Assembly (NCBI GenBank): GCA_964019335.1
Contig: OZ025668.1
Span: forward strand, 620,001 to 684,000
DNA length: 64,000 nt
Direction of reading: 5' to 3'
Origin: Diplonema japonicum
Taxonomy: Eukaryota; Protista; Euglenozoa: Diplonemea
In this document: piece after piece, positions 1 through 9,636 of the stretch
How the letters are laid out: the number at the start of each line of letters is the position of its first letter
Position numbering within the stretch: the stretch's first letter is position 1
Position numbers and translations under genes: made by a program
The notes under the pieces: model-generated
Told to the model about the DNA's origin: nothing
The model's database searches: none
The model's input: the letters and a program-made list of their open reading frames with translations, nothing else

Positions 1-172
1 CCTCCCTGTGCAGAAGGTCCATGATGTCATCTACAAAGTCCAGCACGCGGCAGCAGTAGTCCCTAGGCTTCTGGTATTGCTGGCTTAGCACGCTGCCAAA
101 GAGAGGCTTACTCGTGGAAGGCCCGATGTTCGTGGCGCTGTACGTAATGTCCCCTAAAACTGGTCTCGTCAT
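1..172 (-). CDS. Mitotic (A/B-type) cyclin, N-terminal part; runs off the window start
   Basis: Not in the ORF track. Manual translation from ATG 172 gives MTRPVLGDITYSATNIGPSTSKPLFGSVLSQQYQKPRDYCCRVLDFVDDIMDLLHRE. RPVLGDIT fits the RxxLGDI destruction box, and DFVDDIMDLLHRE resembles the EYV.DIY.YLR..E helix preceding the cyclin box. Confidence 0.7.
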   Translation of the reverse strand, partial: MTRPVLGDITYSATNIGPSTSKPLFGSVLSQQYQKPRDYCCRVLDFVDDIMDLLHRE

Positions 173-379
173 CTTTGCAAGTTTATTCGCTCTTTTTTTC
201 TTTTTTTTTTTCCCCCTTCACTTCCGTATTTTTTTCCTTCCTTTGGTTTCCTCGATTCGGTTTTTTTCTCTTTTTATTTTTATTTTTTTATGTAATCAGA
301 TGTGTATAAGTTCGTTCTCTTTTAATTGATGAAATACACCCCACAAACCCGTTCCACGACAATATATATATTAAAAGAG

Positions 380-415
<36 letters not shown>

Positions 416-559
416 TTTTCAAATATAGAGAGAGGTTTTCAGAGAAGGTATCTTTTCTCTCTTTTTTTTTTCCTTCTTCTTCTTTTCGTTCTTCCGTGGC
501 CTGTGGAAACAAGGCTCATACAGCTAATATACAAAAAAATGTTTGCCCTCTCCTTCTTT

Positions 560-1287
560 CTATTTCTTACTTCTGCGTTCTTTTTCAGCAGACTTGCGGG
601 ACTTCAGGAAGACTTGCACAGTGGGCCACCAGTCGAGAAACTCACTGAACTCAATCCGGCCTGACTTGTCAGCATCGATCTCATTGAGGATTATCCTCGT
701 TTCCTGTGTCGTGACGTCATCTGCTCCTAACTTGACTAGGATGCCGTGAAGCTCCTTGCTGTCTAGGGAGCCAGACTTGTCAGCGTCGAATTTATCGAAA
801 ATGCTTTTGATTTTCGAGCAGTCAGCTGTTCCTGCTCTCTTTTGATTCATCTTCAGCATCTGTAGCTCACTCCTCATACGGGTGTCTAACGATATCTTCT
901 CTTTGACAAGGTCTTGCAGCTGCTTATTGGACGCGAATTCCTCGATCGATATCACTCCGCTTTGATCGTCGTCGGCTGCCCGCAATACCAAACTGCTCAA
1001 GTCCGCTATCTCACAAGGCTCCACACCATATTTCGGATACACCTGCGGGTTTTGAAAGAAAAAAAAGGGGGGGGGGGAAAGACCTGCAACATCACGTCTT
1101 GCAATTCCTTTATACTCACGGTGCCATCCTTGTCGTGGTCCAGCACCGCGAAGGAATCCACTATCTTTTTTTTTTTTTTTTTTTTTTTAAAGTTTTTTTT
1201 CTTTTTGTTAGGGTTAAAAAAAAAAAAAAAAAAAAAAAAAGAGGAGACACACACCTCCTTCGGTAGCCGTGAAGTCATGGACCCCAT
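560..1287 (-). CDS. Four-EF-hand calcium-binding protein (~198 aa, 3 exons)
   Basis: Exons 1255-1287, 1084-1164, 560-1042. GT-AG introns at 1165-1254 (90 nt) and 1043-1083 (41 nt). EF loops DHDKDGTVSIKE, DDDQSGVISIEE, DADKSGSLDSKE, DADKSGRIEFSE. The frame stays open upstream of the ATG, so an extra 5' exon near 1465-1525 is possible. Confidence 0.88.
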
Positions 1288-1764
1288 GTTCGCAGGAGAC
1301 CTGGGCTCTTTTCTTTGTCCCCCCTTTTTTTCCCCCCTTCTTCCCCACCCTTATTTAAAAAAAAATCCGGGGGAAAGAAAAAAAAAAAGAGAAAACTCGA
1401 TAAAATTTCAGTGTGCATGGGGGTGCTCACTGTTCAGGTAGAAATTCACACTAATCGGTCACCGTTCTGCGGTTGCTGTCTGGTGCCTGCGGTGGCTGTT
1501 TGTCGCGATGAGATGGACGGCATCTGGGCGAGAAACATTGCTTGGAGTCGTGCTAGGTAGGGGGGGGTTTGGCTCGAGGAGAAGAGTGGTCTCCTGTTGT
1601 AGCCGTGTGCCGTCGGGCCCCCAAGATGTCGAAGGGTATGCACCCTTGATTTGGCATTGGCGGGGAAGGCTGACCTTCCACAGCGTGCCTGGGGAAAGAA
1701 AAAAAAAAATGGGGCTTTGATTGCAACACTAGGTGGCGTTAAGCGTGCAATGAAGCACGAACTA

Positions 1765-1930
1765 CCTACTTGATTACAGGGGGCGCTCCTCGGCCGAGCA
1801 GTAGCTTCTTCTGCGTTCCGCGTCGTGTCCTTAATGCGTGCGGTGTGCTCAACCCTAGCCGGGGTGTCCCGGGTAACCAAGATTCTGCGCTCGTGCAGTT
1901 TGCTGCCTGTTCGTCACCCTGAGCATCTGC
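1765..1930. repeat. Dispersed ~165-bp element, copy 1
   Basis: Aligns in the same orientation with 18354-18516 at roughly 85% identity. Shared blocks include cctacttgattacaggggg, gttccgcgtcgtgtccttaatgcgtgcggtgtgc, ggtaaccaagattctg and cgtgcagtttgctgcctgttcgtcac. Confidence 0.9.
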
Positions 1931-2192
1931 GTTACGTTCTTCCACTCGGGCGCTACCGGTGATGACCGACGAGGAGGTCAACAGCGAACAACACATCTGA
2001 TGTACTTCCTATATTTCCATCCACCACCTTAAAAAAAGAAACATAAAGAATCAAAATTACTAATTACCAACGCCTACTAACGCTCGTTGCCTTCGTGACA
2101 CAGGGGGGGGGGGGTAGTGCTTTAAAACACTTCCCACAATAAATGTAAAAAAAAAAAAAAAAAAAAGAATCTAGTAGAAGAAACAACACTAC

Positions 2193-3692
2193 TTAAAAGC
2201 CTCCTTGCCGCCAAGCCCCTTTCGATTTCCTTTTGTACCGCATCTGGACAAACACCTTGAACAAGGCAAAGATGGTAACTAAGCAGGTTATTAAAAGGGA
2301 CGCAACAACAAAAGGGAAGGGAGAAGGTTCTTGAGCTTGAACGCAAGGAATAAGCCCCGATGTGGACGTATGGACAAGCTGGCTCCGAATGTCAACAAGC
2401 CTGCGGACAACAAGGCGTGTGACATCGCCCTGGTGGACCATGTCATAGGTGAGAGAGGGTCTGTGTGCAAGGAGATTGGTAACTAACTCTTCGTACTTTT
2501 GAGGGGTAATCCCCCGTAGAGTAGGGACAATGCCCTCAGCTTGGAAAACATCATAAGGGACCACCACTGTGAAGCTCTTGTAGGGGATGATATCTGTGAA
2601 TGGGTACGAGTCCTGCATGTTCCCTGGGTACGCAGGGTCAAACCCTCCAAATGATGATGTTTCGTTAGGGCGTGTCCAGTCCCGCCACCACGACTCCCTC
2701 CCGCCCTTTCTGTACCCCACCACTACCGGTACACAACCATGCAGCACAGCTTCGAAGTACCTCGTCTGATGCGGGATATCGCCAGACATAACTAAGCAGA
2801 ACTGTGATGTGTTGAAGTACTCCCTCACTTCGTGCGGGCCCAGCAGCGCCTTGTTCTTGTGCAGTGCGTAGTGCCGCGTGTAAATCTTCCCCGACCTCTT
2901 TACCGGAGTGATCAGGTGGATCTTCACGCTACTGTCATTCAGATCCAACAGTTCCCTGATTGCCTTGTTCCGCGCAGGAAGGTGCTCGGCCATCGCACCG
3001 AAATAAAAGACCCAATACGGCCTGTGTGTGTTGAATGTGAACGTGTTGTGCTGCGTGAAGGCAGTAATCTGCGGGTCAGGGACCACAATGTGCCAGGGAC
3101 GGCCTGGGTAGCACACGCCCTTTGGAGTCGTATAAGGCTGTGGTATACGGGGACCGAGGTGTATGACAAGGGGCTGCCTGCGTATGAGGGGGTGTAGAGA
3201 GGGCTCATCGCCGCCTATAAACAGGTGGCGTGCTTTGGTGGTATCATTGAAGTGTGTGAGGTGGGTAAACAGAGAGGTGATCTTCGTCTCGTTGGTGCCG
3301 ATCAGCCAATGCCACCCAGAGTTCCACAGCAGGTGTGTCAGTGCGGGCACTACAAAGAAGTCCGCCTCACGAGGGTCCTCCACAGCACCCAAACCCGCCA
3401 GCTTCGCCAACACTGCAATACCCGCACCTTGCTGCCTTATTGCCATGTCGACCCCTCTATTCCCCCATCGCCGTTCATCGCACACCGAGCACCCCACGTC
3501 GCACCCATACCCATGCCGCCCCGACTTCGTGTTCCAGTACCGCATCACCTCAGCATTGTACTCCTCGGGGAGGTCGTACCAGTAGAAACGCAGTCCCTCT
3601 TTGTTAAGCTCCTCTGGTATCACAACTGGCTGCTGGCATGTCGTGTTGAAAACCAGTCTAGCCGTCACAAGCGGCACCAGCCACCATGTCAT
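2193..3692 (-). CDS. Exostosin-family (GT47) glycosyltransferase with N-terminal signal and C-terminal TM
   Basis: GT47 motifs: LRFYWYDLPEEYN, VEDPREADFFVVP, SQFCLVMSGD, RYFEAVLHGCVPVVV, YPFTDIIPYKSFTVVV. TM FVVASLLITCLVTIFALF followed by a basic tail. Start placed at MTWWL (3692); the ORF track starts at 3734. Confidence 0.88.
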   Translation of the reverse strand: MTWWLVPLVTARLVFNTTCQQPVVIPEELNKEGLRFYWYDLPEEYNAEVMRYWNTKSGRHGYGCDVGCSVCDERRWGNRGVDMAIRQQGAGIAVLAKLAGLGAVEDPREADFFVVPALTHLLWNSGWHWLIGTNETKITSLFTHLTHFNDTTKARHLFIGGDEPSLHPLIRRQPLVIHLGPRIPQPYTTPKGVCYPGRPWHIVVPDPQITAFTQHNTFTFNTHRPYWVFYFGAMAEHLPARNKAIRELLDLNDSSVKIHLITPVKRSGKIYTRHYALHKNKALLGPHEVREYFNTSQFCLVMSGDIPHQTRYFEAVLHGCVPVVVGYRKGGRESWWRDWTRPNETSSFGGFDPAYPGNMQDSYPFTDIIPYKSFTVVVPYDVFQAEGIVPTLRGITPQKYEELVTNLLAHRPSLTYDMVHQGDVTRLVVRRLVDIRSQLVHTSTSGLIPCVQAQEPSPFPFVVASLLITCLVTIFALFKVFVQMRYKRKSKGAWRQGGF

Positions 3693-3771
3693 TGCTGTAT
3701 AGGTTGCTTTGATTGACTGTGGATAAAATGACACTACCCAGGAATAGGTATAGCCCCTATAGCCGACCAGA

Positions 3772-6700
3772 TTAGAAGGGCACAGTTCTCGACTTGGCTA
3801 ATATGTTGTTCGCATCAGTGCTTCCGGTGAGGTTGAAGGCTTGAAAAGAGGGTCCTGTTTTGGTCCGTTCAGAAGAGCGGTGAGATACAGAATTAAAGAA
3901 GGGATCTTGAATGTCGAGTTTAGTGATCTTCGGCGTGCTGGGATCGGAGAAGGCAAGGAGGCGGTACTCGCGGGTAGTCTGCGGCAACGAGTGCTGCGTC
4001 ACAAGCAAGTTGAGAGATGTGATCTTCGTTGCTAGTTGGTTGATGAGTCTCTTCTCAACAAACTTCCGAATAGCCTTCGCAATGGTAATGTACGGCTGCG
4101 CGGAGCAGTCATACACAGAAACCCCAGCGACCACCTCCATGAAACAACTGTAGTTAATGCTCCCCATGCCTCCCGACATATCCCTGAATGTAGTGTAGAT
4201 CTCTGTGCACACATGCACCCGCATCTTTCCTTCAAGTTGCTTTCTTGCCTGCTCAGCAGCAGTCGGGAACAGATTGCAGTCTGTGAGCATTTGGATATAC
4301 TGGTTCAGCGACATGCGCGGCTTCTTCTCAGAGTAGAAGTCGAAGATGCACCGCAAGTGTAGCTTGTATTCTGCAAGCACCTCTTGCACGTCACTTCGGT
4401 ACACTGTGTCACGGAACTCTGTAGCGTCGGTCTCAGCTGTGTAGCACAGGATGTGCCGCTCTAGGATCCAACGGACCTTCTCGTGATACGCGAGCTTCGT
4501 GACGAGGGCCACGTCTGCAATGTGAATGATGATGGCTATCCACTGCGAAGGGCCAAAGGACGTCATCAGGTTTAAGTCGTCCACAAGGTCGTCGAACACA
4601 GCACGCGTCACGTTAGAGAAGGTCTGAGGCACCTTGGACTCCTTGAGCATCTCCCACGTGCTCTCAGCATGCATCACCCCGTCGTCTGCATAGTGGGCGA
4701 ACACAGCACGCAGCAAGCGGTAGTTTTCTTGCAGCACCATCAAGAGACCGCCAGTTTCGTTGAAGGCGTCTACGCCGTAGCCAATCACCTGCGGGTCGCA
4801 GAACGTGTTCATCATGGCACTCTCCACAAGTGTGAAGACAGGCTCCGCCCTTCCTGCCGTCGTCTCTAGTGTCTGGTTCAGCGATATCTTCAGTGCGCTG
4901 AAGCCCAGCGAGTTCCACTGCCATGTCTTTTTCATCGAGTGCTGTATCTTCTTTACAACATCGGTCAGCGTTGCCACGTCATCGATGAGCTCGGAGGTTG
5001 TGATCAGCTCCCTCTTGTGCTCGGGGGTGACGGCGAAGACGGACGCGGCACTTATCCCGAACTGCAAGTGCGTTGATTGGGGGGTTCTGTTGATATTAGA
5101 AACTCTACTCTCACAGTTGTCTTGCGAAACGATACCTAGCGAGATGCACATGGGGTTGCACAGCCTAGCAACAAGCATCGAAGTGAAGGCCATGTGGTAC
5201 ACCTTGCTGTTAGGAACGAGAAGATCAGGCGGTGTCACCATGATGTCTATGCCTAGCATGCGCCCGTAGTTGAGCACAGCTGTGCTGCGCTCTTCGTCGT
5301 CAAGAGACAACGCACTCTCCAACGCCTGCCTAGAGATGACCCGGCTATCCAGGATGTGGATTACATGCAGGTATATGTCGAGAAGCCGCCTGCTTGCTGA
5401 GTAGCTCTCCACACGTACTGTGTACTCGGACTGGTCGCTTGCGGAAACACTGTTGAGGAGCTCAAGCAAGAAAACAGGCGATGCGACGTCATCGGGGTCT
5501 ATAAGACTATCCTCTATCTTGTCCTGCAGCGTGTACTCAAAGAAGTTTTGGGGGCGGAGCGAGTGGTAGATATCCTTCACGAGGTTGTGGCACCGCACAA
5601 GGGAGTCGTTCAGCTTGTCCTTTTTTGCTTCGTTTTCAAGCAGCTCTGCAGACAGGTTGTCGAGCTCCTTCTGCAGCTGCCGCTTGGACTGTATCGCCGC
5701 CTTGAGCTTCTTTTCCAGTAGGTTGTTATCCTGCAGGCGTTGGATCTCCGTCTGTAAATCTTCTATTTTAGAATCTCGCTTCGCCACTTCACCTTCTGCT
5801 AATCTAAGCTGCTCGCTGAGGTTTTTTTCGGCAGCGTCGCGCTTTTTGAGCTCCTTCTCATGCCGGTGATGTTGCTGCCACGCTTTCAGTAGCAGTACCT
5901 TGAACTGGGTCTGCCAGTGGTCAATCACACGGTTTACACATGCACCCTGCTTTTCTCGGCTCAGTTCTTCTTTCTCAAACGCGTCTTCGTCGTTTAAAAG
6001 CCGCAGGCTCAGCTCCCGTGCACCCTGGAAGTAAGTCTTTTTGCTAAACCTCTCAAACTGCTCGTCGACTTCGAACCTGTCGTCTGGGTCATCGAAGGGC
6101 AGGATGTCCTTTTCCTCGTTTGGTGTGATGTACAGGGACTTCAGCAACACGCTGCGCGCGTCCATCAGCAGAGACCCGTAACGGGGAAATGTTCGTTTCA
6201 GCAGCAGCAACAGCTGGTCGATAACTATAATAGCGGTGCATGTCATTGTGTGGTTGGGCACCGCAACCCCGTCGAAGCGTGTTTTCATGTCGCGGTAGAA
6301 GGCCTCCAAGGGGATTTCCTTATTGGCAGCGTCGGCCTCCACACCGTACTGTTGGATGAGGTTGGACAGCAGCACCCATCGTGTGTCCAGCGACTCGGTG
6401 ACATCCCCCACCTTGTTCAGCGTCCTGCGTATGGCTGCAGAGATGATGTCGAACCCTGACGGCTTCCAGTTGTGCACCTCCCTCCGCTTCGCGTTTGTCT
6501 TCGTTTCTACAACCTCAGGCTTCCGTACCTTAGTTTCCAGTAAGGATTCGTAACTATCAAACACGGGCGACGTGCAGGGCGCTGTGAGGGGTGAAGCTGT
6601 CCTTTGCAGAATTGGACTTGTCGGTCTCGGCCGTGTTTTCAACGGCGCAGAGGCAGGCCTCTTAGGAGTGTCGTGCGGACCGAAATGCGGCCGTGGGATG

Positions 6701-6783
6701 ATCTTCCTTGAGGGGGGGTGTGGCAACACTTCCTTCGGTTTAGGTGTAAAGTACATCGAAGGCGGAGGCGGGGGTTCCGCCAT
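3772..6783 (-). CDS. Hypothetical ~1000-aa protein: Pro-rich N-terminus, coiled coil, calponin-homology-like domain, EF-hand-like C-terminal region (cytoskeletal/flagellar candidate)
   Basis: Long intronless ORF. ERSTAVLNYGRMLGIDIMVTPPDLLVPNSKVYHMAFTSML resembles the end of fimbrin-type CH domains. LRCIFDFYS..MSLNQYIQML and INYSCFMEVV are EF-like. Start uncertain (6783 or 6813). Confidence 0.7.
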   Translation of the reverse strand: MAEPPPPPSMYFTPKPKEVLPHPPSRKIIPRPHFGPHDTPKRPASAPLKTRPRPTSPILQRTASPLTAPCTSPVFDSYESLLETKVRKPEVVETKTNAKRREVHNWKPSGFDIISAAIRRTLNKVGDVTESLDTRWVLLSNLIQQYGVEADAANKEIPLEAFYRDMKTRFDGVAVPNHTMTCTAIIVIDQLLLLLKRTFPRYGSLLMDARSVLLKSLYITPNEEKDILPFDDPDDRFEVDEQFERFSKKTYFQGARELSLRLLNDEDAFEKEELSREKQGACVNRVIDHWQTQFKVLLLKAWQQHHRHEKELKKRDAAEKNLSEQLRLAEGEVAKRDSKIEDLQTEIQRLQDNNLLEKKLKAAIQSKRQLQKELDNLSAELLENEAKKDKLNDSLVRCHNLVKDIYHSLRPQNFFEYTLQDKIEDSLIDPDDVASPVFLLELLNSVSASDQSEYTVRVESYSASRRLLDIYLHVIHILDSRVISRQALESALSLDDEERSTAVLNYGRMLGIDIMVTPPDLLVPNSKVYHMAFTSMLVARLCNPMCISLGIVSQDNCESRVSNINRTPQSTHLQFGISAASVFAVTPEHKRELITTSELIDDVATLTDVVKKIQHSMKKTWQWNSLGFSALKISLNQTLETTAGRAEPVFTLVESAMMNTFCDPQVIGYGVDAFNETGGLLMVLQENYRLLRAVFAHYADDGVMHAESTWEMLKESKVPQTFSNVTRAVFDDLVDDLNLMTSFGPSQWIAIIIHIADVALVTKLAYHEKVRWILERHILCYTAETDATEFRDTVYRSDVQEVLAEYKLHLRCIFDFYSEKKPRMSLNQYIQMLTDCNLFPTAAEQARKQLEGKMRVHVCTEIYTTFRDMSGGMGSINYSCFMEVVAGVSVYDCSAQPYITIAKAIRKFVEKRLINQLATKITSLNLLVTQHSLPQTTREYRLLAFSDPSTPKITKLDIQDPFFNSVSHRSSERTKTGPSFQAFNLTGSTDANNILAKSRTVPF

Positions 6784-6863
6784 CTTGAACGGCTTGTCAT
6801 AAGAAACGTTCATGTGTAACCTGTGCTGGGGGTGAATGCGGGCAGCAAGCGACAGGCCGTATA

Positions 6864-7962
6864 TCACCTTTTAACTGGTCGGGTAATGGAAGTAATAAGT
6901 GTGGTGCACACAGGGCATGTGGTGGTGCCTTGTGCTCGTCTCGCTGAGATGCAGTAGTAGCAAAATTGGTGGCCGCAGTTGAGCTCCCCGGGGACCTGTA
7001 TGGGGTTGAGCATGCAGATGGAACAGGTGTAGTTGTTGACGTAGTTGGTAGTTATGGCGCCTTTGGATCTGAACATCCTTCTGACCCACGGGAGGAAGTT
7101 GACGAAGGGTAACATGAAGGTCAGGAATTCCGTGACGTAGTTCCACCACAGCTGGCGGTCCATGAACTCGAAGCTTGACATCTTGTTCATCTTCGCCTTG
7201 TGGTTGACGAGGCGCAGGCCCAGCAGCCTATCCACAATGTTCCGGAACTCACCGTTCTTGATGAAGATCAACAGGTTCCCCAAGCTCAGCACCTTGATAC
7301 CAGTTTCAATCTGGTACAGCGCGTCGTGCACCTGTTAAGTGGTGTCTGTTGTGAAGAACGACATACTCTTCTCTTCCAATGCGCTCCATCCAAGTTGCCC
7401 CACCCTTCGTCGAGACCTTTCTTCACCACTTTGCTGTAGATGTAAGGGACAAGGACCGACACAACGCAGAGTAACACCTGTTCAGTGGTGTGTTCTTTTT
7501 TTTTATAGCAAATTAGTACCTTTTCCACTCGGGACGGTGCAACAGAAGGTGAGAATCTCACCTCTCTGAACTTTCCGAAAAGTTTTGCACGGGCGTCGGA
7601 GCGATAGATGATGTTGTGCAGCTTGTCACCGTACGTTTGGTTGTTGTTCCAGATGGTGTATCTGTGGGCGTGAATGGAAATGGTACCGTGGTGGCATACC
7701 TGAACAGGAGCACCGCAAGGATAGCATCTAGTTCAAGTTCCCACCCCATGGATGCTTCCAAGAACACGAACGCTTTCCTGAATTGTGTCTTCAGCTGGTT
7801 CCACGTTTCGTAACTCAACCTTTCCGCGTCGAGCTGCGCTACACGTAGCACAGACATCCCCACCTTATGCTCGCTCACATGTGACTCTTTCTCTAGCTCT
7901 TTTGCAACCCCTTGCATGCTGCTATATGCTGCTACAGCATCTTGCGACACCTGCCTCGCCAT
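6864..7962 (-). CDS. PEX2: Peroxin 2 (RING peroxin), 4 exons, 327 aa
   Basis: VLRVAQLDAERL, TYGDKLHNIIY, IVDRLLGLRL, SFEFMDRQLWWNYVTEFL and a C-terminal C3HC4 RING (CSIC..CGHQFCYYCI..CPVC). Introns at 7662-7699 (38), 7478-7519 (42) and 7332-7366 (35). Confidence 0.93.
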
Positions 7963-8418
7963 CCCGTCCTGAGTTTTAGTTTTGTGGCACCAATTGCAAT
8001 AGTTAATACATGCGTAGAAAGAGAGAGGACAAAATAAATAAAAAAAAGAATTATTATTGACTTTGGGTGAGATGATACTTCTTCTATCTTGGTATGGATA
8101 GAAAACAAAACTAAAACAAAAAAAAAAGTAAAAAGTATGGTTTGCTCTGCACCCTTCGCCACCTGTCTTCTTCGTTCTTCTTTTTTTTCTTTTTTTTTTT
8201 CTTCTTCTTTTTTTTTTGGTTTGTCTTCGTAAATTCATCTTTCGGCACAGCAAATAAGAAGAAAAAGGGAACAACACGGAAAGATAAACGAAGTCTCCTT
8301 ATTCTTAACTCGTTCCTTCTGTAGCATTTTTCTTCATAAAACGTTTGTTCAAATGGCCTCAGGGGAGAAAGACAACGATGTGTGTTGGTTTCCCCCCTGG
8401 TTTTCTTCTCTCCCCTCA

Positions 8419-9636
8419 TCACAGCTTTGAAGAGGGTTCGGAGACGCGCTCGATGATAGTGGCGTTAGCTGTGCCGCCTCCCTCGCAGATGGCCTGGATG
8501 CCGTACCTGCCGCCTGTCCTCTCGAGGGCGTTGACGAGGGTGGTCATGCAGCGGGTGCCTGTGGAGCCGAGGGCGTGGCCGAGGGCGATGGCGCCGCCGT
8601 TGACGTTGAGCTTCGCGGGGTCGCCCTTGAGGGCCTTCAGCCAGGCGACGGGGACCGGGGCGAAGGCCTCGTTCACCTCGTACAGGTCCATGTCGTTGAT
8701 GGTGAGGCCGCTCTTCGCGAGCGCCGTCTGCGACGCCGGGATGGGCCCCTCCAGCATGACGATCGGGTCGCTCCCCGCGAGGGCCAGCGTCACGATCTTC
8801 GCCCGCGGTTTCAACCCGTACTTCGCGAGCGCCTTCTCGTTGCAGACCAGGACCGCGGACGCCGCGTCCGTGATCTGGCTGCTCGTCGCCGCCGTCACCA
8901 TCCCCCCGGGAGCCAGCACCTTCAGCTTCTGCAGCGCCTCCACCGTCGAGGTCGGGCGAATCCCCTCGTCCTTGTCCACCACCACCTTCTCCCCCGTCTT
9001 CGGGTTCGTCCCCAGCACCGGCACGATCTCCCTCTTGAAGGCTCCCTCCGCCGTCGCCCGCGCCGCCTTCTGGTGGCTCGCCGCCCCGAACGCGTCCAGC
9101 TCCGCCCTCTCCAACCCGTACTTCTTCCCCAGAAGCTCCGCTCCCCCGAACTGCGACGGCATCGTCATCTTCCCATCCTTCGAGTAGGTCCCCTGGAACC
9201 CCTCCGAGGCGAAAGGGTTCCCCCTCTTCGCCTTCAGCCCGTCCGCGATGTTCGACCCGATCGGCACCAACGACATCACCTCCACCCCCGCCGCGATCAC
9301 CACGTCCTGCGTCCCGCTCATCACGGCCTGCGCCGCGAAGTGCAGCGCCTGCTGCGAGCTCCCGCACTGCCTGTCCACCGTCGTCCCAGGAACAGTCTCA
9401 GGAAGCACCTTGCTCGACAGCACCATCGTCCGCCCGATGTTCCCCGCCTGCGACCCGATCTGGCTCACACACCCCACCACCACGTCGTCCACAGCAGCAG
9501 GCGGCACCCCGGAGCGCATCACAACCTCGTCCAGCACCTTCGCCCCCAGGTCCGCAGGGTGCCACCCGGACAGCTGACCCTTCTTCTTCCCCCCTGCAGT
9601 CCGCACGCACTCAACAATGTAGGCTGTGTGGGGCAT
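8419..9636 (-). CDS. Acetyl-CoA C-acyltransferase (thiolase), bacterial-like, copy 1 (405 aa)
   Basis: Catalytic motifs DRQCGSSQQA, EVNEAFA, NGGAIALGHALG and AICEGGG. The true start is MPHTAY at 9636; the upstream part of the 563-aa ORF is homopolymer read-through. Confidence 0.96.
   Translation of the reverse strand: MPHTAYIVECVRTAGGKKKGQLSGWHPADLGAKVLDEVVMRSGVPPAAVDDVVVGCVSQIGSQAGNIGRTMVLSSKVLPETVPGTTVDRQCGSSQQALHFAAQAVMSGTQDVVIAAGVEVMSLVPIGSNIADGLKAKRGNPFASEGFQGTYSKDGKMTMPSQFGGAELLGKKYGLERAELDAFGAASHQKAARATAEGAFKREIVPVLGTNPKTGEKVVVDKDEGIRPTSTVEALQKLKVLAPGGMVTAATSSQITDAASAVLVCNEKALAKYGLKPRAKIVTLALAGSDPIVMLEGPIPASQTALAKSGLTINDMDLYEVNEAFAPVPVAWLKALKGDPAKLNVNGGAIALGHALGSTGTRCMTTLVNALERTGGRYGIQAICEGGGTANATIIERVSEPSSKL

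Noticed and set aside
1208-1216. TTAGGGTTA telomere-like motif
   Set aside because: A single unit inside an intron; better read as a CTAAC branch-like site on the minus strand.
1700-1720. AAATGGGGCTT resembling RNase MRP CR-V
   Set aside because: No matching GAAAGTCCCC CR-I upstream.
1770-1800. CCTGTAATC (Alu/7SL-like) in the dispersed element
   Set aside because: It lies at the wrong end of the element, and no SRP S-domain motif follows.
1959-2000. GTGATGA...CTGA resembling a C/D snoRNA on the + strand
   Set aside because: Only ~42 nt, antisense to the cluster, weak terminal stem, no identifiable guide.
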